Below are positions 51,349 to 64,000 of a stretch of DNA of 64,000 nt, one piece after another. Both the position numbers and the translations under genes were made by a program. The stretch lies in NCBI GenBank assembly GCA_051362555.1, contig CM120640.1:33499967-33563966 (forward strand), written 5' to 3'. The notes under the pieces are model-generated. The model was not told the origin of the DNA. It saw only the letters and a program-made list of their open reading frames with translations, and searched no databases. Within the stretch, counting starts at the first letter, position 1. The number at the start of each line of letters is the position of its first letter. Source of the DNA: Lingula anatina. Its lineage: Eukaryota > Animalia > Brachiopoda.

Positions 51349-54300
51349 ATGGCAGATAAACTGGGAGGTCCACCAGTGCTCTTTCCTTGTGCATCAAGGG
51401 TACAAGTGCCTCACGTTGGTGCTGATGAACGTGAATACACTGTCAGGACTTCATCACAACTCAGCAGCCAAGATGGACCTCTAGCCAGAGGTCCTGGAAT
51501 AGTGTACAGTTCCACTCAGAAAGACTCCAGTGATTTGAATGCACATTATTTGAAGAAGATCAGCACAGGGCTCTCCTTCAGCGAAGATGTGGTACAAGAT
51601 AGGTGATGAACAAACTGATTTGCTTGGTATTCTAATCTGCACAATATAATGCCAATGACATTTCAATTATTATTGATATATTTCATACCCATGGCAAAAA
51701 CAACATAGCACTTGCACCTCATCTATCTAAACTAAATCTGTTGGAGTAATAATGGGTAGAAGTCTTGTTATGGGTTGGAGAAAATATGTTATGTAAGTTG
51801 ATTGAATCAAACTTAAAAGCAAAAGGTTATTTTTATTTTTTTTTTAAATAGTTAAAATACACCTGGCCAGATATGTGCTCATAATTTGATAGATAATTTA
51901 TTAATAAATAATCTTATTGTTTCAGGTGTTTTCATGCATTGCCTTATGATAGCAAGTATCTACAAGATGCCTTAAAGTTGCCAAATTTCCTGCATTTACC
52001 TAAGAAAACCTCTCAGGCCATGGGAAGGTTTTACCTCAGAGGCTCAGATAAGAAACACCAACCATGCCACCTGAAAAGCACTGGGCCACATTATCTGAAA
52101 GTAAGATAACCAATTTTTTAAAATTCTTCTCAAATTTTGATATATTTTCTGCTAGATGTATGCTGCTTTTGTGTAGTCATGTAGTGTACATATGACAGTC
52201 CCAAAAGAACCCCCCTTTTTGCTGAGAAAAGGTCCGTTCTTGGTAAATCTAATCTAGGTAAACAAAGGTTTTATGACTAAAGGTCCACATTTTCAAAAAA
52301 GAACCCACCTTTTGCAATTGCTGGCTATGGGCCTGTATGATTATTATGTTTCTTAACATACTATATTCAGTAAGTCTCTGATGTGTTATTGATTTCTTAA
52401 TGGAATATTTGATGCCTATTGATAATTATTTTTTAGCCTTTAAAAAGAAGAATAATGAAAAAGGCATTAGAAATGTCTAAGCAAGAGGAGGATCTATTGC
52501 AAAAAATACAAAAAGAAGAGGATATGGTGGACGAGGATCAAGAGGACGATTTAACAGACGGACGCCAAATCTCCACATCAGCAAGTGGGGTATTTTTAAC
52601 TGAAGCATCACCTAGCAGCCCAACTAAAAGCAAAGTAAAATCTTTTAAAACTGGACCAACAGAGAGAAAGTCTAAAGAATTAGACCAAGAGGAAGAGGAT
52701 GAACTGGATGGCGGAAAAGCTGCTGGTAAATTTTCGAAAAAACTGAGAGCAGATTGGGACTCGCATCTTATCAGTAAATTGAGTAAAAGAACAGCCCAGT
52801 GGATTGTGCATCAGAAGATGCTGCCAGATGAACACCAGAAAGACCTGGAACACCTTTTGTCGGCCAAATATGGAAAACCGTCCACCACAGAACTGGTGCC
52901 TGATGATGCTAGTGAGACGAGTTTTTCAATGTTCAAAAAGAGAGAGTTGGAAACACCCAAGAAAAAGTTCAGGAGGCAGGAAGAAATGTAAGGAGACAGT
53001 TCATTTTTGTTAACTTTCTTTTTGGTGCAACACGTAGTTTTGAGGCCATTTTTTTCATATCAAATTTGATATAGTGATGTTAATGATTGGCTTTAGTTTC
53101 CTTTACTTGGCTCCAAGTTAACCTTCCCCTATCAGTTGCTTTTTTATTTATTAATATTGGTAATTAAGTAGTAACTGGAAGCGATTAAATATTTCACGGT
53201 TTGTTCACTTAGTGATAAGCAGTTTCCATTAGATGTATACGTGACAGGACACATGCTCAGCTGTCACCTTGATTGTTTAATGAACCTAAAAACCACAAAA
53301 AATGACCTTAAAATTATGTGCTTGTCTACCATAATGCAAAACAAACCAGACCAAATCAGAAGTCATTTATGGCAATTTTTTTTAAATTTGTTTAAATTTT
53401 TTTAACTGATTTTAATTTTTTTTTTTCATTATGGTAGCCTTCTATGGTATTCTCAAGTAGTTTTCTCATTTTTTATGTTCATTAACTGATCAAGGTGACA
53501 GCCAAGCACAGTGTGCTATATGAAGTCAATATAAATAAGGACCATATTGTGGATTGCATAGAATATATATATATATAAATTGAGAGATCATTATTGTTAC
53601 TGTCATTATTATTTTTAAATATTATTTAGTATTTTCCACCAATGCACCCCCCCCCAAAAAAAATTATTAGTGCTTGGCAAGATTGTAGTTGAATCTTAAA
53701 TAAACCAGTTGCAATATAGATTGAACTGCTCTTTATTACAATAAAATATAATATTAACATCAAATTTCGTAGCAGAAGTATTAAGATGTTTTCCATATAT
53801 TTTACACCTCCTCGCCCCCCAAAAAAGAAAAAAAATGAAATATTTTATTGAAATCATAAAAACTACTTTAAAAAAATAACATATTAATGATGATGACAAA
53901 TGCCTTATTTCAGATTACTGGATCGTGCCACTCAGACTCCAGGTTTTGATGACAGTGATGAGGAGTCCCTGGATCTCACCACTGTCCCATACTCTGATAG
54001 AAATAAAGCCACATTTTATCGACAGCCAGCTGGACTTAGAAGAGAAAGGAAGCACCAGGCGAGAGCTCAAGCAGGTGAAGTAGATTGCATTGCATGAAGT
54101 TTCTTCCCAGATTACGCTACAGGTTTAAACTGGAAAGTAACGAAATTATTAATTCAGTATGATGCCAATATATCCTTTGCAGAATTTATATCAGTAGAGC
54201 CAGGTGTGCATATATTCTGCAAAAATCAGGACGTAGCTTAAAAATCACAGCTTTTATGATGAGTCACTGAAGTGTGGAATCAGTGCTAATTGTGCTGGTT

Positions 54301-54979
54301 TTCACTGGCTTGTGCTGGTTCGTTGTGGTTCGTGTTGGTTTGACTTTTCATAAATTATTCAGTTGTGTTTGGTGATTCAGGACAAAGTGATTGATTTGGC
54401 ATTTTTCTTGATGCATCAAGACCTTCCTTGACAATTTTGATTTACCAACAAGACACCTTTGGTAATGGGTGAGAAACAGAAACCTTTGGCAAAATATCAA
54501 GCACCGCATCAGTGATGGCACATGAAGAAGAAGAAATGTGCATTAAAAGCATTGCTTTAAATGATGGAGCGATGTAATATGTCTGATTTGCCTCTTTTAT
54601 GATGGGTGGACTAATTAGTGATCTAGGATCTGTTCCTGTACAAAAACTGAGATAACTGAAATATTGTTTGGTTGCATCACCTGTTTGTCATTATATTGCT
54701 TGCTTACTGGAATATGTAATCAATCAAGTGTAGATTCTACCTACTCATATACAGCATCTGAGATCCAACGCCCACCGCAACCCACCCATTACTTATTTTC
54801 ACATGGTTTAATTTCCTGTCGAAAGGTGAATTCATGATGTGCATGTGCAATTTCCCGTTAAATGTAGATTTCAGTGACATTAAATATATATGTGTGTCTG
54901 TGTGTGTGCGTGCATGCGTGCGTGTGTGCGTGTGGCCTTAACTGGCCAAATATCAATCAACCTACTGTACATGTATTTT

Positions 54980-55011
<32 letters not shown>

Positions 55012-58000
55012 GAACCTATATATTGTGTTTGTCAAGTTACTTTACTAATGTGATCATGTAGTACACGATATGGAGGAGATATAAATATATGTGTGCATGA
55101 CTTTGTCTCACAAAATGTACATGTTTCCCTTTTCTGTTTTACTAAGTTGGTTTATTGACGGAAATGGGTAAGATGACATGAAGTATATAATTATTTCTGC
55201 TTTTGTTGTTATAGATTCTCTGAAATGAAGAAAATGTTCTACTGGTTGCTGTAAACTTTTAGATATTTCCTCTCTGAAAATTGGTCATTTAGATTAGCAA
55301 GAAAAAATCTAGATCACAAAATGTCAATCTTGTGACTACTCATGGTCCAGAAAGTTTGCTTACTGTGGTTATTCCAGGCTTTTCTTTGTCAATTCTAATT
55401 CCTCTTTTAAAACGTAAGAAAAATGCTCATGTAAACTGTGCAGTTGTGTCCATTTCCGTGCCACTATTATTAGTGTACCAGTTTGTGTTGTATGTAATGC
55501 CCACAAAGCAGCTACTTTTATTACAATTATTGTTTTCAATTTAAAAAAACAATCCTTTATATTTAAGAAAAGTTATATGTTGTGACACCCAAGATTGTTA
55601 TATGTATATATTATACATGTATGCTTATATGTACTGAGGCTCTATGTAATAGAGAAAAAAAGTTTTAGATGTACAATACTTCATATGGTACATGGAGTAT
55701 TTCTATTTCCAATTGTGCTTGTTGTGAACGAGAGATGTTGTGCATTGGTTGTGACTATTTGTGAGAAGGACCTGCAAAGTACTAATGTCAGTATCAGACA
55801 CGCAGAGTAGTAGCTTATTTCAACCAGCTTCGAATAGGTTGTGCAGATATGTCATTATATTTTGAATTATCTAAAATATTTTACTTTACAATATGGTGAT
55901 TTTTTTTTTTTTTTTTTTGGTTTTGCTGTACCAAAATTTGTGTAGGTATTGATAGAAATCATTTAAATTTTACCTCTTTGAAGAAAGTTATGCTTACTTT
56001 ATTTTTTTTAATTCCAAAATTTGGCATGTTTTATTTGTTGCATGAAATATACAGCCACAAATACCCCCTTGGTAATATATATTTCATATTATTTTAATTT
56101 TTTTTTTCTAATTTTTTAGCCATCAACAGAACTGCAGGAAACATTGAGGTTATCCCCAGGAAATCTCTCCCGCCACCCACCTTGAATGACTTCATGAATC
56201 CCCACTGTGGAGAAAAGATGTTCATGACAGACAACATGTTCCAGCAGGAGTGGCTTACAGGTGGGCAAAACTTGACATAGACAGGTTGAATCAAGCTTCA
56301 AATTTGCTTGACACATACAAAAGGTTAAAAAAGGACACACCCTCTTAGAAAATTCAGATGTATCTGAAAAAAAAGGATGCTCTTGAAATATTTATTTGTT
56401 CTTTAAATGAAGTAATTTATATTTAATTTGTAGCTCTGTTGGTGTACACATTTGTAGGTTATGAACAAATTGATGTTTACCTTTGTTTATAAATGTATGA
56501 AAATATATTTTTCTTGTGTACATACATGCATCCATTAGTAAGTTTAGAGTTCTAAGATTAAGGTCAGAATTTTAAGTGCTACTGCTGTAACAAAACTTTT
56601 TTTGAACATCCAGGAACTAAGCAGGTACATCAGGTGTTTGGCGACAAAAGCAAAATTGTCCTGGAAAATCTGAACAGGTACAGGAAAGTTTTGCAGAGAA
56701 AATATCCAGACGACCCAGAATCCTGGTTCCCAGAAACAGATGAGGAGAGACAAAAGCGTCTCAAGGAAGCCAAGAAGAGCAAGAAGATCACCAAGGGTTT
56801 ACACAGGTGGAAGGACCTACCCGAACCTATTGATGTAAATAGTTATGAGCTATAGTTCTTAGTTAAAAGATGGAATATTGTATTAAAATACATGTTGAAC
56901 TTAATCTTTTTTTCAAATTTATTTTTCCACCAGTTGTGAGACTAATAAGGTGATTTTATAGATTTTTATTTCAAATTAATATCATGGTACTTTAAATGAG
57001 CTAAAAAGAAATTATATTGAATCTAGGTAAACTTTTGTCAATACAGTGAATAGATGCATTTTTGAATCATCAGAATTTGTTATCATTGCGCTTTTTTAAA
57101 ATTGCAGGACACTGCTGAGTTGCTGAACTTAAAACAGCCTGGAGCTGACTTAGAAGACGACAATCTTCCAGATCCAACAAAACTACGGAAGATCAAGAAA
57201 GGGAATTTGTCTCTTTTGAGAATTGGTAAGCATACACCAAGTATAATCTAATTTATTTTTTTCAAATCTTCTTACTATTTTATAAAGACAAATGATTCAT
57301 GTCAAAACTCAATCATTTGAAGCCATAGAATGACCAGACTTCTAAATAAAAGACTGAATAAATCCCTGTCCACTAAGGCATTTCTAAACATTGCTAGCTT
57401 TCCCATTTGTGGACACAAATAATACCAGTAACTTTTAATAGTAATAGTGCACTATTATTTGTCTGTCTCACTATAAAACTGATGAGTCGTATCTTTTTTC
57501 CTTAGTCGATGACTGGAAGCATCGCTGGAACCTGAATGACCGGTATGCAGACAGCACCCCTGATGACCTCATAGTGGACATGCAGGACTTACACCCACAT
57601 GTGCGCCTAAAGGCTATAACCACCATTGCTAAGGCAGCAGAGTACAGACCTCCCCCAGAGCCAGGGATACAGATTCACTCACATGTAGAGGAGGAGGATC
57701 ACGTCAGCACGCTGCCTGAGAAATTGTTTGTGGCTTTGGAGTGTCTGCTTCAAGATACAAACCAGCACGTCCGCAGGGCAGCTGCTATCACACTGTTTTC
57801 TCTGAATAGGCCACATCCTGAGGTAGGGATTCTGTTGTGTAGTTTAAAGTGACTTAGAACTGGATGGAAATATAATGAAATATATAATGAAATATATACA
57901 AAGCTATTAAATAAAAGTTAAAACATTCTCTTACAAAGTTTAACAGTTTTTCAGATTTGGTTTTCTTTTTTTTTGCATCAGATTAGTATGGGTTTCAAAA

Positions 58001-61000
58001 TGATCTTCTGCTTTATTTTCTTAGAATTCTGAAAACCACTCCTTTACTTCTAGGGAGAAAAGATTTTGAGGGAAACTCTGAGGAAAGAGAAGTCTGTGGA
58101 CCGCTGGGCCGCTGCCCAGTGTTTGGCCCACTTTGGTGTGTGTGACTCTGAGGTGGTGGGTGAGCTGGTTCACCAGCTGATGACACAGGAGGATCTGATC
58201 AGCCATGAGAGATGTGCTCATCTTCTAGCCAGGCTCAGTGTTAACTCTGTAAGAGCTGTAGAATATCTTTAAATTATTGAAAATTTTAAAAATCAGTAGC
58301 AGGTAGAAACAAGAAATAAATGTATTTTTTAAATGGCATCATGATACCTGAAGCAATTAGCTGTTAACTTCTTTCAAGTTATCAGTAAATTCCTGTATGT
58401 TAAGAGAATATGTGTTTTTGTATTGTGTACAAGAAACACATTTTGCATGTGTTCACATGAATATTTTATTTTTTATATTATACCTACTGTACATTGCATA
58501 TGATTAGAGAGCCATTCATTCTATTTCAGACATTGCCCTACTCCATGCTGGCAGAACAGTTGAACAGCAGTAGCTGGAGACACAGGGTGATGGCCTGCAA
58601 GGTCATGGTCAAACTGTATGGGAAAATTAACAGGGTATGCTATAACACAGCAAAAACAGATATGACTTTCTTTATATGTCCGTGGGCAGATCCAGAGATA
58701 TTTTCTGACAGTCTTCCAAATGATCATTGTTAATTCATCCTCCATTTTTGACCGTCTTCCAACAGAAAAAATAGATGCCTGTCAGTGTAAACTTGAAAAA
58801 TTCTGACCATCTTCTGGAAGACCCAGAAGATGGCTTCCATCTGCCCCTGATGTAGCTCCTGACTTTTGTTTCAAATGTGTAATCGATATTGGTTTTTATT
58901 TTGAAGTAATAACAAAATACAAATAAAACTAGATGTCTCCTTTCTGGGGTCATTTTATTTCTCAGATAGACAATGGATTTTTAACAGTCCCTTATAAATT
59001 GACTATAAGTTGATTCCAATTATTATATAGGATATAGCTCAGAAGTTAACCTGTCTGATGTGGAATGACTGGCACAGTGAGGTGCGTAAAGCGGCGGCCC
59101 AGACCCTGGGGAAGAGCGGCCATGGCAAGGATATTCATGACCAACTCAGGGAGAGGTTAACCAGCAGTGATGCAAACATCAGAGTTGATGCCATTGTCAA
59201 AGTGGGCTACCTCAGTAAGAAACTCTTCTTTAAATCTTGTGTTATATTTTACACATAGGAATAGACTGGAAAACATTTGGATTTTTTATAAAAATAAAAT
59301 TGATTCAACTTTGTATTAGGTATTGATTTTGCGGTGTCTTTCCTGCCATTAAAAACAAATTTTACAAAAGTTACTAGCATCAAATAACTTCAAATTACTG
59401 CCAAAGCAATTGGGATTTTGAAAGTGAAAAAAAATCAGTTTCTGATCAGTAATAATGTCTATTTTTACTTGCAGAAATTATGACTTCCAAGTTGCTTCCA
59501 TCATTCCTGAAGTGTTTTGATGATGACTACATCGCGGCTAAGATTGCTGCATGCCAAGCAGCCGGGATGCTTCAGATTGAGGAGCCTGATGTGATAGACA
59601 AGCTAGTCTACTTGGCTACATATGAGAGAGTCTGGAAGATAAAAGCTCATGCCATTAAAGGTAACAAATGCACAATAGTATAAAGTTAAAGCTGTTTTTT
59701 TTTGTGAAAACAGCTGTGATTTATTTTCAGTTGCTTATGACTTGAATCCATACTTTTTATGCTGTAGATACCATCACAATAACAGAAAAAAATTTTTGCC
59801 CTGAAAATTTAACAAATTTACTATCATTTTAATATCCATTTTCTAGTGTGAAGCATATATTTTTTAATTTATTAAAAATTCAGCAATGGGAAGGATTGGT
59901 AAAGAGACGGAGGAAGTAAGAGATTGTGTCATCTGGGCATTTCGTTTCGAGGACCAGGCAGGCGTGCGTGCCGAGGCATGCCACACAATTGTTGCACTGA
60001 ACATGAATGATGAAGAAGTCACTCAGATACTGCAGGACAAGTTTCTTGTTGAGCCAGACCCTATGGTTAAGAAGTAAGTAAATCTGTTTTATTATTTTTT
60101 TTAGTGTTCTGTTCACACAATAGGGAGCAGCAGCAGTCAGTGCTTATCTAAATGTATTTGAGATGAAGCATCACTATTTTTAGTGCTGTATCATTTTTCA
60201 AAGTCAATTTCTGTAATTTGTCAAGTTTAAATATTGAATGCCATAAAATGTTCTATGTAGAATGAGTTTTTCTACTTCTACTGCTACAGTGCTTAATTGA
60301 TTACAAGTATTTTTTAAAGGGAATCCATATTATGATATATGAGACTTCATGAAATTCTGATTCCCATCAATTACATATACACATGTGGGAATTAAAAAAA
60401 AAAGAATATTTTGAAAGAAAAAGCACTGCTCAGTTTTTGTGTGACAAGTTTACTTAGAGCACAAAATGATCATAATCAGCTGTGTCCTGACAAAATATCA
60501 AAACGAGGACACAATCTGCAGCAAATTGACCACCTATTTTTCCAAGTATCTTACATCTTTAACATTTGCATACCTCTTTGATGTGGTCATACAAACATGC
60601 GAGCTCACACATGTGCTACCATATGTGTATATCATTTGTCACATAACAGAAGTTTTAAAAAGTTTTGATTTAGACATTCTCAGAGTTGATTTAACATTAT
60701 TGCTTTAGTATGGTTTAAACCTTGTTTTAAAATAAGTTTTTTAATTCATTTTTTATATCTTTTTTTTAACATGGGAAATCATATTTTAACTATCTTTCTT
60801 AAAACTTGATTTTTAGTAGGTTTAAATTGATTTTAATTCATATTTTACATCTTTTTTTTAAATGTGGGAAAACATATTTTAGCCAGCCATGTTTTAACTT
60901 GATTTTAGGTAGGTTGAAACTGATATGAAAAAGTAGCCCTAAGTCAAAGAGTGCAGCCTGCAATTATGATGATATAAAAATATATCTTTTCCTTTGATGT

Positions 61001-64000
61001 TTTGTAGACAGATTGCCCAGGCGCTGGCAACATTCGGCATCAGTGCCACGGAGGAGACAGACATGGTGCTGCAGATTAAGAATGAGGTGCGCAAGCTGTG
61101 TACCAAGAGCAACATCTGTGCCCAGATCACGGTCAATGAGGCCATCGATGATAAAGAGTATAACCTGGCACGCATGTTGTACCGCCCTGGACCTGCTGAG
61201 GTGAGTTCCCCACAACATTTGACCAACAACTCCCCCCCCACCCCCCCATTACACCTATACACAAACAAACATACACCATCTGCATTTAAAAATTGGTCTA
61301 CGTGTGACATATAAATATTACTTTGACATCTAAATATTAGTGGTCAGAAGTTTTCTCGTTTCCCCACACTGATTTGTCCCACATCCCCCCACCCCCCCAT
61401 TTTACACTATATCTGGTTGATAAAAAATCATTCTTCCTTTGAAATTATAGGTCCTCCATGTATTACACCGTGACTAGTGACTCAGTCTTTATTTATTAAT
61501 AATGCAGCAGTTAATCAGTGACTTCAAATAAGAATTTACACATTAATGGAGCATCTTAATTTTTCTTTCCTGTTACCTGAAATGAGAGCTTGGGGGCACT
61601 GTGTATGACTCACAGTCCCAGGTATTCAATTACTATTGTCTCTATTGTTATGTAGAAAAAGGGAGAGAAAAAACAAGATTGTTTGGTAGCTAACACTGAG
61701 AGTTACATATTATTGTCACTTTATGAGAATTTATTATTGTTCAGTGCGGAAATTACATGGCACCATCACGCAAGCATTCTTCCTTGTCATTCAGGCATTC
61801 TTTTGTCAATCCCCTTTTTAGAAAGGTGTGACAGTTGCTGCTATTATTGCTGTTCTCAGATCCCTAAAGGCACATCTTAACTCGCTTCCTAATACTTCGT
61901 GTATGCCAGAACTTCTTGAGGAGAGAAACTTACACGTCTTACAACATTCTCAACTTGTCCATTCTATCCACTATGTTGACATGTAGGGATAGAACTTTGC
62001 TCTTTAACCTCAGGCTGTTGTAACCATATTAGTATATCTATATATATATGTCTTCATCTACACACACTGCTGGTATATGTATGCATGTATGTATATGTAT
62101 ATATTTTGCCTTTTATTCCAATGTGAAATCAGATAGTTAAACTGAAATATATTTTATGAATTTCCTTGACAATATATTACATGACTGAATATCATGAGAA
62201 ATACTGCACGATCATCCTCAGTTTACCCAGAAAGACATGGAGACCCAAGTAACTGGCCAGTAATTAAGAACTCAGTCATTTGATAGCAAACATTCTACTG
62301 GTACAACATCAAAGCTAAGTGTGGGGACCATTCAAGCTTTGATTCTTATGTAGGAATATTTTTTAAGGAAAAAAAAATTTGGTGGGAAAAATCCCAGATA
62401 GGATACCTTTATATACTATATGTACAGTATGCAGTGTATACTAGGTATCATGCAAAGATACAGAGCAAAGCTCTTCAAAATTTTGTCTCGCCCCCTTCCC
62501 CTGATTTAGCCATAGTAAATCCTGTATCCATGAGTACCTTTGACGGTCAGTGTTAGAGCTGTCCAGTGTCCAGTTGGCTGTTATAGTTAAGGCAGGTGTG
62601 ACCACTACATGTATGTAATAGTATCCCTTGGTCTGTTGGTGGACTGTGGCTGCAGGTGCGGTGATTAAGTGCCATGCAAATTGAATGACAGCAATAATTT
62701 TTCACTTCTATAGAAAATCTAATTGCCATCAATTAATATCCTTCTTTTTAAAAGATATTAGTTCACATGGACTGAAAACCTGGCTTTCAACATAAGAAGT
62801 GCCCTACTTTATTGATTTCAGTAAAGACATGTGGAATAATCAGCTTCAGGGAAGCCACAGGGAGAATTCACCTTTTGTTCTTCTCCAGATTAGTTTTATT
62901 TCCAATTCATTGAATGTAAAGTTGTTATTATTATGACTCACATTATGTATGAGTATGTGTGTACCAAGTGCTGCATGTTTGACCTGGTGGCAAGAAAGAT
63001 CCTGACATTGTCTGTGTATGTTCTGCCGTGTTCACAGCAGGACTTAATTAGACTCAGAAAAAAAATGATATTATCAAATGACCAGATTACAAAGTGACCC
63101 AGAAAAAAAACTCGGGTTGACGAAAAAGACATGCTAAACAGTCTGGTCTTCTGACACTGTCTGAATCAAGTCCAATTTAGCTCTGATGTGAACAGGGCTC
63201 TAGTATATTACATGTGTTCTGTTCCATGACTCACCCAGGCATGAAAGTACTGATGATATACTTGTCCAGTCCTGACTGTCAATATCAAATGTTAGCTTTC
63301 ACATCTGATTCATTAAAACCTATTGTCTGCTACATGTTTGTGTGACCACAATAATTTTTCCCTCGAAGATGTGTTGGTCAAAACCAAATGTCGTCCAGTG
63401 TTTAAGTTGTTTGTCCCCCATTTTACCTGCTTGAACAAACAAATGATGGTTATTTTTCACTTTAACAAATGTTATTGAGATTTGTTTAGCATATGAAAGA
63501 ACTTTTGCTGCAGGAACTTATATTTAAGATCATTATACCATGTACCACCAAATGTATTTACTTTGTGGTCCTAGTTTTCATTTAGTGAATACAGTTTATA
63601 TGAGACTGTAAATTTTATTTGACCATTACTGAGGTTCTTTTTGATATTATTTTCATAGCATACAAGTAGCTAATACTTTCAATTAAGAAAACCCTTTGAT
63701 GAAAACAATGATAATTTTGAAACAATTTTTCTCACATTGATAAATGATTATTGATTTTTATCAATTTTTTCCATTGTTCCAATTATTACTGGAAAATCAT
63801 ATGAACACAATATTTTTATTTTCTTCTTCAAGGAGTTGGCTCTTGAGCAGAAGATGCGCAGTGTCACCAACACCCCAGCTCCTCCAGAGGTCAAGGTCAC
63901 ATCAAGGACACCTTCTCCGGTCAGCAATGTCAGGGAGCAGAACATGTTCACCCCAACTGCAGATGATGAACTTGAGAGGATACTGGAGGGGGATGAGGAG
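51349..64000 (+). CDS. HEATR4: HEAT repeat-containing protein 4-like, 3' truncated by window. Exons 51349-51602, 51926-52100, 52437-52987, 53914-54074, 56120-56260, 56614-56834, 57108-57225, 57506-57822, 58054-58248, 58530-58634, 59031-59214, 59475-59660, 59884-60073, 61008-61200, 63833->64000
   Basis: Fifteen exons splice in one open frame. HEAT/PBS-type repeats (LQDTNQHVRRAAAITL, MWNDWHSEVRKAAAQTLGKSGHG, FEDQAGVRAEAC) and N-terminal motifs (WDSHLISKLSKRTAQWIV, KGLHRW) recalled from HEATR4 orthologues. Confidence 0.8.
54980..55011. repeat. (CAT)n microsatellite
   Basis: Direct reading. Confidence 0.9.
58681..58849. mobile_element. Degenerate short TIR element (hAT-like GGGGC.GATCCAG family)
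   Basis: GGGCAGATCCAG at the left end and ATCTGCCCCTG at the right end; no TSD seen. Confidence 0.4.

Noticed and set aside
54256-54300. ATGATGA…CTGA suggesting a C/D-box snoRNA in a HEATR4 intron
   Set aside because: Boxes too close together, with no terminal stem or recognisable rRNA guide.

Overview
AT-rich, intron-rich animal genomic DNA. The repeat types and gene content suggest an invertebrate, probably a mollusc or other lophotrochozoan (inference). Five spliced protein-coding genes can be assembled by hand from splice signals and reading-frame phase. (1) A TACC gene on the - strand, 5' part only, running off the left edge, with a 9-copy DPF/NPF-SPPK repeat exon and several alternative N-terminal exons. 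(2) NSMCE4A/Nse4 (+, 10 exons), head-to-head with TACC. (3) A CpG-rich ankyrin-repeat gene (-) with one large coding exon. (4) A K+-dependent Na+/Ca2+ exchanger (SLC24/NCKX, zydeco-like; -, 11 exons, 15.7-kb first intron), with a frame-required GC-AG intron and a candidate 15-nt microexon. (5) A HEATR4-like gene (+, at least 15 coding exons, running off the right edge), head-to-head with the NCKX gene. Introns hold many non-autonomous DNA transposons (Harbinger-like, pogo-like and hAT-like MITEs, Helentron/HINE-like elements carrying a ~162-bp satellite), local duplications and microsatellites. The most interesting signal is the TACC locus: alternative starts give a TACC3-like N-terminus or one of two MG- (candidate N-myristoylated) N-termini, all spliced onto a DPF/NPF + CDK-site array. 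The divergent TACC/NSMCE4A pairing matches the human TACC2/NSMCE4A arrangement as I recall it. All gene models are manual and unverified by transcripts or database searches.
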